Assembly (NCBI GenBank): GCA_011109175.1
Contig: RDEW01000002.1
Location: 352,831-416,830, forward strand
Source of the DNA: Dicyema japonicum
Taxonomy: Eukaryota > Animalia > Dicyemida
Reading direction: 5' to 3'
DNA: 64,000 bases
Shown here: in pieces, positions 53,281 to 64,000 of the stretch
Position numbering within the stretch: position 1 is the first letter of the stretch
Layout: the number at the start of each line of letters is the position of its first letter
The notes under the pieces: generated by a model
Seen by the model: the letters and a program-made list of their open reading frames with translations, nothing else
What the model was told of the DNA's origin: nothing
The model's database searches: none
Program-made: the position numbers and the translations under genes

Positions 53281-55059
53281 ATTTCTTATCCAATTCAATA
53301 AATACTTCTAAATATCCGTCAACATAACTGAGCCAGAAGGTTTTCATGCTTAACAATGTCAAACGTTTTATAAATTTCCATGAATCGCAGGAACAGCTTT
53401 CTTCAGTCATCTACGAATCCCAAATTTAATTGGTACAAATATTCTGCACACGATCATCCTGGAAGTAATCATCATTGTTGCAGAAGCAAGAAACTGTCAA
53501 TAAGCAGAAAAAAAATTTTTCAAAGATTTTCGAAATAAAGAATACGAGACTAATTGGTCTATAGGTTAGAGGATCTCTATTCGATTTTCCTGGCTAGGGA
53601 CCAGTCTCATTTTTAGAACTCTTCTATTGGTCTAGTATAAATCCAAACATGAGACTTTCATCGAACAGTTTCTTTAAAAACCAAACTTATGTCTGGTATT
53701 TCTTTAATTATGTCCGAGTCTATATGGTCGTGTCACGGCGCGATGGTTCTAAATTGACGGATTGATGTCTTTACTTTTCACATGGTAAATATTTCTTCCA
53801 TAATTCTTAACCCGTACTCAGATATTTAATTAATTTCAGGAAATCATCTTTCCTGTTGTCAGGAATTAAGATAAGTAGATTGACTTCTAGGTGTTGCTTG
53901 AAAAAAAGGAATTTCTTCCTTCATATAGAAACAACCATCTGGTTTATTCAGAAATACTCTATGCATATGTTCCAGAGCATACGAGCTTTTTTATCTTTTC
54001 CAAAAGGAAGGGTTCTTGATGACAATTTTTTATGGTTTCTTTATATCATTTTCGTCCCAAAACACCCTTCCATATCTTATCAATAACCGTCTTAACTAAA
54101 GAGATCTTTTCAGAGATAAACTATCTATCAATTCTGCTGATCTCAACTTCGTTTTTAGACGGTTCCATTCTCGGTATCTTATATCAATAAAGTAGTAGAT
54201 ATGTCTGCATGAGATCAGATACTTCGTTGTTAGCAATATTTATTTCCTCTCTTGTTGAAGGATCTTTCATGCAAACAAAAATACTCTTAGATAGAAAATT
54301 CGATTATTGTTACAATCAACGCCGAACACGACGAATCTAAGTAATCGGAAGTTTACATTTACACATTGGAACTAACCCGGAAAAATTTAGTTTGGGATAT
54401 ATTTTGCTGTCACTGTTGTTAATTTGATTTGCTTTAAATCATGAGGAATGCCATTTAAATCACTTTAACCTTAATTATTTTAATGTTCAAAAATAATAAA
54501 AAGAATTCATCAAAAAATTTTGTAGCATTATTAATTCAATAAAATTAAATAATTTTTATGATAATTTTTAAGTTAAAAAAATTTATCGACCTCGTTGACG
54601 TCGTTTATTTTTTTTATTTATTTTTTTTATTAACAAAATTTTTTTTAACAATTAAACAAATGTCAGTTGAGAAAGCCTGCTGCGTGGATTGCGAACGAGT
54701 TCCCTCGGAGTANTAACCTTAATTATTTTAATGTTCAAAAATAATAAATTGAATTTTCCAAAAAATTTTGTAGCATTATTAATTCAATAAAATTAAATAA
54801 TTTTTATGATAATTTTTAAGTTAAAAAATTTATCGACCTCGTTGACGTCGTTTATTTTATTTATTTATTTTTTTTTTATTAACAAAATTTTTTTTAACAA
54901 TTAAACAAATGTCAGTTGAGAAAGCCTGCTGCGTGGATTGCGAACGAGTTCCCTCGGAGTATGGCTATTCCGATCTTTTGTCTTAGCCATAACCCTTCTC
55001 GTTGATCCCGTCGTTTATTAAAAAATAAAAATTTTAATTATAAATTTGCCTTCCTTTCT

Positions 55060-55980
55060 GTAAAAATTTTAATTATAAATTTGCCTTTCTGTAGTAAGTG
55101 GTTATCTGTTTTTATTTTTAAAGACCACACATTATATAAAGCATTCTCGTTTAAATTCTCTGACCAATTCAGTTCGAGCAATGTCAACTTCCCGACCTAC
55201 GTTTCATAAAGTGAGTCTATCCTGAGTTCTTCAACCTTGACATCGGCCACGTTGACGAATTTCACAATAAAACTGGATTAACAAAGGCGTTGTATAGCCT
55301 TAGTCGAAATGATATATCACTTTTGTCTATCAGTTTTTTTTAACTTTGTTTAACGCAGCAGTAGCACTGTCACTAAATAAGGACCCAAACTGTTTGTCTT
55401 CCTTACTTATCCAATCTTCTTTTCATTCTTCTGAGATTAACCACTTTCCTCTGGAAACATTAATTATTTGTCACCATTATTCAAGTTCATTAAGAGACAT
55501 CGTCTATTTCTCTGTATGAAGTCTACGTCGTCAGTATAAATTAACTAAGCTATGCCAACTTAATAAAATTTTCGAAGATCACGTAGTGCCTCCTCCGAGT
55601 AAGTGACAAACAACAAAGGAGGAATGGAGCCCTTTTGAGGAGTAAGATATTACAAGAAAATTCTCTTAAAATAATTCTGCCAATTCGAACTCGTAGCTAT
55701 ATGTTGGATAATAAGACTTGTATTAGGAATCGATCTGCTGCTTTCGGCTTCTTTCAAGAATGAATTTCGACAAACAGTGTCGAAAGCCATCAAAAAGTCT
55801 GTGCAGAGAATTTTAGTTGCGTGTCGTTATCGTTGGTTTTAACTGCAACGCCATTTGTGACCTCAGACTATATGTGTCTTTGATCCCCCAGTCTTGAATC
55901 CAAAATAGATGTTGCACTGTCGGATATAGAAGAGAATTTTGCTAAAAAGAGGTTTCACGATATTCGATCTAATTTAAATT
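55060..55980 (-). pseudogene. RTE-like LINE RT/3' fragment, copy 2
   Basis: PQKGSIPPLLFVTY, IYTDDVDF, LRLYNAFVNPVLL.NSSTW. Confidence 0.7.
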
Positions 55981-56149
55981 ACTATAGGAAGTCAAAATTT
56001 ACTAAGTCAATTAGAAGGCCAAGGAATTTCATATTCTTCTTTCGAAGTATGTCCTGTAACAAGCTCTTTAGGTTAGTCATCACTGCATCCAGTCATCCTC
56101 AGCATACCAGACTTCTCATGTGCCACCGAAAGGAAGTTTTTATTGCAAC

Positions 56150-56340
56150 ACTATTTAATCTGGTTCATGTACATCTCCAATCGTATCTCAGATACCAAAG
56201 GATTTAAAGAAACATAATAAATTATGATGTTTATCAAAATCTTTGTACGTGGGTTTTCCGGGGAAAAACATTCACTCATTAAAATGTTAGACATTAGAGG
56301 ACTGAGTAAGAACCCTAAGGTAGACTTCTTCTCAACCAAA
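56150..56340 (-). pseudogene. Possible Penelope-like RT fragment
   Basis: STLGFLLSPLMSNILM resembles the PLE motif MGSPLSPxxANIFM. Short and decayed. Confidence 0.4.
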
Positions 56341-56824
56341 TTTTACGAAATTCATAGTTTAAAAAAAATTAACAATTGACCGTCTATCTGATAACAAATT
56401 TTTTATCCAAAAATAGAGTTATTTTTCAATGCCACAATTCGCAGACAAATAAATAGACCTGATGCCACACATTGTCAAAAGCTTGAATATCTAAAGGCAG
56501 ACTGCGATCAAACAATTTTTAGTTCCAAAGTCCTCAAAATTGACGCCTTAACACTGTACAAGCAATCTCACAATACCGATTTCATAGAAAACACCACTGA
56601 TGCTCTTTTAGTATATAATTTCTTTCAATATGTTCAGAAAGTCTGTTGAATACAATTCTTTCCAAAACTCTTGAGATCGTTGGTATAAGGCTTATGGGCC
56701 TATAACTGGTTGCAAAGTAACCAAGTTTCCCATATTTACATATCATCCTGACCTTGGAAGAGGAAAATTAACGAAATTATTAGGAGTATTTAAAATAAAA
56801 AAACAACGAGAAAAGTAATAGTAG

Positions 56825-57410
56825 TTAAAGAATAGGTACATATGACATTGGTCCTATGCTATTTCGGCGTTTAATAACAAATGTGATGACTCCGATGATT
56901 GTAGGTGTTACAACAGTGAGTATAATTCCTATAATAATATTCATTTTAGAATAATTAGAATTTTTATTTTTTCCAGGAATTCCTTTTTCAAAACACACCG
57001 ACTCTAAAATTCAAAAAAAATCAAACCGTTCCCAGTATAACGGAATTTAAAATCATCCCGAAGAATTTGTGCCTTAAATGATGAAAACTCACCATATATA
57101 TCATCAGCAAATTTAATGAGAGACAATTCGAAGTTACAGGAATTTCCAACATCAATCAATTTGGTATTATTAGGACTCCAAGACACTTTATAGATTTTAT
57201 AGATGATTAACTGAATTTTGGACATATAATATTTTTTTTGATACAAAATAAACGTAAAAAGTAATTCAAAACGACTTTCCTTAAGAGATAACTCAACACT
57301 ATTGTTATCAAAATTAATGTTCGTTTCCAAAATCTCGGAAAAAACTAATAAAACATTAATCTAATATTAAAATATACAATTTACTATTTCAACTTTGTGA
57401 TTATAAAAAA
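56825..57410 (-). CDS. LAMP-like membrane glycoprotein, paralogue B (3' half; 5' half lost in the N gap)
   Basis: Closely matches paralogue A in exons 4-5, intron positions and tail. Open frame as far as the gap. Confidence 0.8.
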
Positions 57411-58229
57411 NNNNNNNNNNNNNNNNNNNNNNNNNNNNNNNNNNNNNNNNNNNNNNNNNNNNNNNNNNNNNNNNNNNNNNNNNNNNNNNNNNNNNNNNNN
57501 NNNNNNNNNNNNNNNNNNNNNNNNNNNNNNNNNNNNNNNNNNNNNNNNNNNNNNNNNNNNNNNNNNNNNNNNNNNNNNNNNNNNNNNNNNNNNNNNNNNN
57601 NNNNNNNNNNNNNNNNNNNNNNNNNNNNNNNNNNNNNNNNNNNNNNNNNNNNNNNNNNNNNNNNNNNNNNNNNNNNNNNNNNNNNNNNNNNNNNNNNNNN
57701 NNNNNNNNNNNNNNNNNNNNNNNNNNNNNNNNNNNNNNNNNNNNNNNNNNNNNNNNNNNNNNNNNNNNNNNNNNNNNNNNNNNNNNNNNNNNNNNNNNNN
57801 NNNNNNNNNNNNNNNNNNNNNNNNNNNNNNNNNNNNNNNNNNNNNNNNNNNNNNNNNNNNNNNNNNNNNNNNNNNNNNNNNNNNNNNNNNNNNNNNNNNN
57901 NNNNNNNNNNNNNNNNNNNNNNNNNNNNNNNNNNNNNNNNNNNNNNNNNNNNNNNNNNNNNNNNNNNNNNNNNNNNNNNNNNNNNNNNNNNNNNNNNNNN
58001 NNNNNNNNNNNNNNNNNNNNNNNNNNNNNNNNNNNNNNNNNNNNNNNNNNNNNNNNNNNNNNNNNNNNNNNNNNNNNNNNNNNNNNNNNNNNNNNNNNNN
58101 NNNNNNNNNNNNNNNNNNNNNNNNNNNNNNNNNNNNNNNNNNNNNNNNNNNNNNNNNNNNNNNNNNNNNNNNNNNNNNNNNNNNNNNNNNNNNNNNNNNN
58201 NNNNNNNNNNNNNNNNNNNNNNNNNNNNN
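57411..58229. other. Assembly gap (N run)
   Basis: Continuous Ns. The X-filled ORFs in the track are artefacts. Confidence 1.
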
Positions 58230-59499
58230 GATTTAAAGTCTAAATTACTGCCTAGTGATGAAAGACGTGTAAGATCCATTAAGGAAATATTGTACCACAT
58301 GAAAAAATAATTCCTGTCGGATGCAAGGGTCAATATTTGTCTCGTTATACCAGACACCATCAACCAGGACAAACTCGTTTGCTTCTTCCTTTTTATTTAG
58401 TTTTTAATTAGTAACGAGTATGTTATGCAAATAAAATTATATATCTATCTAACCGGTTTATGTGTTGTGCAAAATAAATACTGTTATTAAAGAATTTAAC
58501 TATGACCTCGTTTAAAATTCAAATAATAATTATAAAATGATAGATAATTGGAATAATAGTTATGGTAACGTCTCAATTCGAAGAGTTCTCTATAAAAAAA
58601 TTAAAAAACGTGGCAAAAGATTACATATTGCAAAACTAAAAGTAGAAAACCGTGGAGAAGCTCAGTCTTTAATTAGACTTAGTTTTAATATTAGTTTCTC
58701 ACAATCCACAGTGAATCGTTCAAAAAACCTGAAATCCAATGCTTTCACTGTCAGTTATTCGTCATATTGCGCTTTTCTGCAAAAACGTTGAAAGATGTTT
58801 GATTTGGTCATGAAACCACAAAAGGTCGGATTGTCAACTTGAATTAAAGAACGGTCAAAATTTCATAAATTGTGGATCAATGAGCCACATGGCTAACTAC
58901 GGAAGTTGCTCTTGTGCAAAAGCAGCTAATAAACTCGAGATGATAAATTTTTACCTCAAAGTAAACCTCGCAATGAAAGTGTTGATAAAGGAAGTACTGT
59001 TGCCAGGAAGATAAGAGACAATAAAGATTTGGCAAAGCCAAATCGAACAGGATGGAATCGGAACACGCCTAAGAATACGACCTCGGATATTGGAATGTAG
59101 ACGGATAGACCACCAGTGTCTTCAGTTGACAATGGATCCCAAACTCAGTCACTAAGTCAATCAGCAAATCCAAAAGACCCGAATGGACAAGAAGATCCCA
59201 CAGTAAACAGATATATTCAGGAAGAAGAAAGTGTTCATAATATGTTGATAAAATTATTTAAAAATATTAAAAACATGTCAAGAAGGAAAAAAGATGCCAA
59301 GTTTTTTGGCTGGTGGAGCTCCTAAGAAGAAAAGACAGCCATCAAATAAGTCAGATATAAACAGGATTACCCTGGTTAATGCCCGACTCTTAAAAAGCGG
59401 GCTGCGTAGCTGGTAGCCTTAACAGCACTGTTGAGATGGGTGTATAAATTATTAATGAAACGAAGATAAAAAAAAACTTGGAATGATTAATATACATAA

Positions 59500-59805
59500 T
59501 TCGATTAATTTTTCCATGGCGTTCCGGTGCCATTGCTAACAGTAACCTCTATTTTCTAAAAAGAGTATTAACACGCGATTACCTAGAATTGTAGAAGAGA
59601 ATGACTGCGAATTATTATGCATTGATTTGTACACTTCTATTGGTTGGGTTATAATTCGATTAATTTTTCCATGGCGTTCCGGTGCCATAGCTAACAGTAA
59701 CCTCTATTTTCTAAAAAGAGTATTAACACGCGATTACCTAGAATTGTAGAAGAGAATGTCTGCGAATTATTATGCATTGATTTGTACACTTCTATTGGTT
59801 GGGTA
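59500..59805. repeat. ~153-bp direct tandem duplication
   Basis: ATTCGATTAATTTTTCCATGGCGTTCCGGTGCCAT...TATTGGTTGGGT occurs twice, nearly identical. Confidence 0.95.
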
Positions 59806-60099
59806 ACAATTGGTGGAATTTAATCCAAAAAATAAAGGAATTATCCAAGATTTTTTTGATAATAATTTAAACTCAATCCTTGTAGGAGATTGTATTGCAA
59901 AAAATTTGCATATGGTTGTGTGAAAACTAATTCTGACGGCAAATGTTTATTGGAAATAATGGAATCAGAAAATTTAGTAGTTTCTATGTCTAAAGAACTT
60001 AATCATTTTTATCAGCGGAGTGCTGGTATTTGGGTATTTTTGTTATGCAAGAAAACCTCGTTTTATTGACGGGTAGCCCTATGTCAAAATGATGTAAGG

Positions 60100-61660
60100 A
60101 GTGATCACTCACCTTAAACTTTCAAGCTGTAAAACAAAGACGACAAAATTCCAAGCCCAACTCTCCACACAATTTTATAACTTTATCAAGCTCAGAGTCC
60201 AAGGTATCTCCAGTTGCGTAACTTAAGACTACTTGGACAACGCGACTTCAGCTCGCAAGGGATGAAAAGTGGGCCCTAGAGGGTTTCATTGCTGAACTCC
60301 TATGAGTGAATAATCGATATCGCTTCCATAAACTAAAGCTGAGTTGTCCCATACGATAGGTGTACTAGTCAGCCGACCTTTGGAGCTCTTTTCCAACAGG
60401 TTTCTAAATAAATTCTCTCCTCAGCGAGTTGAAGGCATTTGATATTAAGCTTCAGGCCTAGCCTTTGGGTCAGGGAATTATTGTTGTTGAGGTAAATCCT
60501 CAAGGTGTGGACTGCTGCCTCGCAACCACCGATCACTCCCAACCCAGAGCTCTTCAGCACTATTGTGGGAGACTTTCCGGGCGGCGATTTTGCAGCAAGG
60601 CTTTGAAATTATGTACTGATTTCAATTGGGCGAACACCATCTCTTTTTCTGAATGCCAATAGATGTCTACAAAAAAAGAAGATCTCTAGCAAATTTTAAA
60701 ATATCACCATTAACTAATCGAGTGAGCATCAAGGTGATAAACGTTAACAAGGCACGGCCGACTTTAGCAGTAGTTCCGGATGTTAAGTTTTTTACATGGC
60801 TTGGGCGCAGTTTGTCCAGACCCGAGGTCTTCTGGCATTGTCAAGTTCCGTAGTTCGGTGGTAAAGTAGGGAGCTTCATTCTCAGTAACTCAAAGACTTC
60901 AATAGTGATTCGTCACAAGACACTACTCTAACAGCTGCGCGAACGCCCCCTTCCATCAGTTTTCGATTCACTCTTTTGAAATGTTTTAGAATTTTTCTGT
61001 ATACATCCAGCTTCTGTAGACAACTGTTTACGCCGAAGTACTTGATCAGGCTCGATTCCAGAGTCTTGCTGCGTTGAAGTTGCCAAAATTGCAAAAGTAT
61101 TTTTAAATTTTGAGGCCAATGATCAGTTGCAAGCTTTCTCTGAGCCAGAAATTCCTAGGGTCATAGGTGCAAAGCTCAGTAGACGTATCCAAGAAACCTG
61201 GTCGCTGGTACTGATAGCTTTATAAATTAAAGACGTGAGGTATTCTGCAGTGGGAATTCGAGCGGCCTTTGGTGTTCTCAGAGGAATCCGTCTACCTTTC
61301 CGACTCTCCGATAGGCGTAACAAAAAGGGTGATGAGTGAATTTTGCCGGATGACGGCACCGAGCAGGGTCGGTATCCATACAGTATGCGCAGTCCCATTA
61401 GTAAAGAGATCTCGCAGCCAAATTCGAAATTCGGACTCACCCGAGGTGGTAAAATCTCCCCCAGATGTGCAATTCAACACGTACTTCCTGCGTTGAAATA
61501 ACCACAATACACGCTCTGCTCTTTCGATCTCGCATGTAAAAATAATAATTCTTCGAATGTAACGTGATCCAAGAGAGGGACAGTGAACAGACTCAGACTT
61601 GGCTTGATTAGTTTTCTAATGTTTTTTTCTGATTTTCCTTTCTTTTTCTTTTTTTTCTTC
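60100..61660 (-). pseudogene. CRE-clade non-LTR retrotransposon, N-terminal region through RT, frameshifted
   Basis: TPKAARIPTAEYL...SWIRLLSF; KLMEGGVRAAVRVVS; GVIGGCEAAVHTLRIYL; LCGELGLEF. Confidence 0.85.
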
Positions 61661-62054
61661 TTTTTTCTTCGTACCACAACGATAATGCACCACAGCTATA
61701 AAAAATGAGTCAAACTCAAATTAAAATAATTTGTATAATAATGTTTAAGTTAAAAAATTTTATCGACCTCGTTGACCACGTTTATTAAAAAGTTTTTAGT
61801 TTTAATTATAAATTTGCCTCTCTGTAGTAAGTGAGTCAGTCCCAATTCTAAAGAGATCTTAAAATAAATGACGCTTTACAGTGTGCAATGTGGAGTATGA
61901 CTTTCTTGATTAATTAATTAATGAAAATAAGATTATTACAATTATAAAATTATTAAAGTTTTATTTTTTCAAAATTATTATAATTTAAAAATAAATTCAT
62001 CAATATAACAAGTGACCTAAATTATACACATCGGAGTGTGCTTTATACATTTTT

Positions 62055-63233
62055 ATGTTATTGTTAATGATTTTGTCCTCAATCACGAATATCAAATTCA
62101 GACATAAAATGTCATTATATGGAAATTGTTTATTGACGAGTACTCGTAAAAATGTATTTTATATATAATAATAATGGTAGACAAAAAATTATTCATTTGA
62201 CATTCATCATGGAATAACTTTTTATGATGGAATGAATTATAAAATCCAAAGAAAAAACTTAATTTTCAATTTTTTTGGTGGATTCTCAGAGGAATTCTAC
62301 AACCTCTCAATAAAAATAGAATTAAATTCTAGTGATTATTATTTAACACTTAAAGGTGATGAAATTTATACGAATACAATAAATCTTCCAAATATTAAAT
62401 ATGGAGAATATTACAGATGTGGGTATATCTCCGTAAATTTTGACAATATTTATTCTCTCACAATATATTCTATGACGGCAGAATTGTTCACTAAAGATTT
62501 ACGTCAATATTTAATTGGAAGGGGTTTGAATTTTGTTTAATTCAGCAAATGACTGTGATCCATCTAACGATCCAAATGTTCGATATTGGTATTTTATTGC
62601 CGAAAATAGACTAAAAGCTATATTAAGTGGGAATTTTAAAATCAGATATTCTAATAATCAAATTCATAAAAACGTAAATTGTGTATTTCTATAGTTGATC
62701 AATGAATTCTTATTTTCAGACCAATATATGAATACTACGATTTATTTTAGAAACAATAGTGTCGTGTTGTCTATCATAGGGATACATTTTGAAATATTTT
62801 TTACATTTATATTGTATCAGAACAAATATTATATCTCCGACATTCAGTTAATCATCGATAGCATGTATACTCTGTCTTGGACACCTAATAAATCCATATT
62901 GGTTGATGTTAGGAATTCATGTACCTCCGAATTGCTTTTTGCTAAATTTTCTGATGACATATATGCTGAATTTTCATTATTTAAGGCACAAATTCTTCGG
63001 GATGATTTGAAATTCCGTTATATTGGGAACGGTTTAATTTTTCTTGAATTTTAGAGTCGGGGTGTTTTGAAAAAATAACTTCTGGACAAAATAAAAATTA
63101 TATTCATTCAAAAATTTTTAAAATTATAGGAATTATATTCACTGTTCGAACACTTGCAATCATCGGAGTCATCGCATTTGTTATGATTAAACGTCGAAAT
63201 AGGATAAGACCAATGGAATATATTTTTCTTTAA
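62055..63233 (+). CDS. Type I membrane glycoprotein, LAMP-like architecture, paralogue C (361 aa, 5 exons)
   Basis: Signal-like MLLLMILSS. Introns at 62154-62180, 62524-62545, 62674-62694 and 63032-63054, in the same positions as paralogue A. Spliced CDS is 1086 nt and open. Hydrophobic segment, then tail KRRNRIRPMEYIFL*. Confidence 0.85.
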
Positions 63234-63357
63234 CGGCTATTAATTTTTTTGTTATTTTTATTTTTTAATTTTTTGTAATCCCAAGCACGTTCAAAATAAT
63301 TTGTTAATTATCCTTTTTTAAGAACCCCTTTTCTTGTTTTATTTCTTAAATAGTCAC

Positions 63358-63654
63358 AGCCGGGTGGTTTAGTAGTTAGGTGTCGGGCTTAAGTGGCTTA
63401 GGCTACGGGTTCGAATCTCGCTGCTGTTCACCTGGTGGAAGGTTCCACGCATCTAAGATGCAGAAATGGTTTGACGAGTGACGCCAGAACTGGATTGTCT
63501 ATAAAGTACACTCACACAAGAAAAAAAAGAAGTGAAGATCATTCCTTGGTTCTACGATTAGTTAAATTAACTGTTCTTTACTTAAATAAAGTGTATGTAC
63601 TGCCTATGCGGAGCTATAAATACTATGGCTCTCGTGAAAAGGCTATATTATTAT
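63358..63654 (+). mobile_element. tRNA-derived SINE, copy 3 (small internal deletion)
   Basis: Same head, body and tail as copy 1. TSD TAGTCAC at 63351-63357 and 63655-63661. Confidence 0.92.
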
Positions 63655-64000
63655 TAGTCACAATCTTCAGCATTTTTATGTTCTTTTCTCTCTGTTTTAA
63701 ATGCCTGATTCGACCTGGGGCATCCACTGATACCTTTTTGTAGTCAAAATTATTCCGTGTTAAAATCTGGTGAGGCATCGCGAGCATTTGGGAACTCTAA
63801 ATAACTAACTACAAAAACCTCTCATTATATTTAACGTGCAGTACGTTGTTGCCGAGAAGAATGAAGTCTTAACCCCAGACGGTCTCTTTTGTATAATCGT
63901 TTTCTCAATGATATCGAAAATGAGCAAAAAGTTACTTTCTATATGAATTGTAACAATCGATATTGCGGTTTAATTATTTTGAATTTTTCATATTTTTTTT

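Noticed and set aside
57397-58372. Long ORFs of 279 and 323 aa
   Set aside because: They are artefacts of translating the N gap.
63435-63743. 102-aa ORF
   Set aside because: It is a chance open frame across SINE copy 3; the other copies are not open.

Overview
AT-rich eukaryotic DNA, mostly decayed retroelements. The spliceosomal introns are tiny (21-28 nt), which fits a compact-intron parasite such as a myxozoan (inference only). Host genes: a sorbitol-dehydrogenase-like gene with 7 mini-introns and one frameshift, and three paralogues of a type I membrane glycoprotein with LAMP-like architecture (two intact, one cut by an N gap). Repeats: a ~3.37-kb tandem array (~2.8 near-identical units, each with a ~260-bp inverted repeat); three copies of a tRNA-derived SINE with TSDs; many Ingi/Vingi-like APE-RT LINEs; fragments of CRE, R4/Dong, RTE-like, I/Jockey-like and Penelope-like elements; hAT and Tc1/IS630 remnants. 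The most notable signal is at the 5' end of the Vingi-like family. There, a covarying HDV-like double-pseudoknot fold overlaps a short leader peptide ending in a 2A-like (StopGo) motif. All three 2A copies are altered at the same proline codon. The family also yields ~155-bp derivatives made of ribozyme plus 3' end only.
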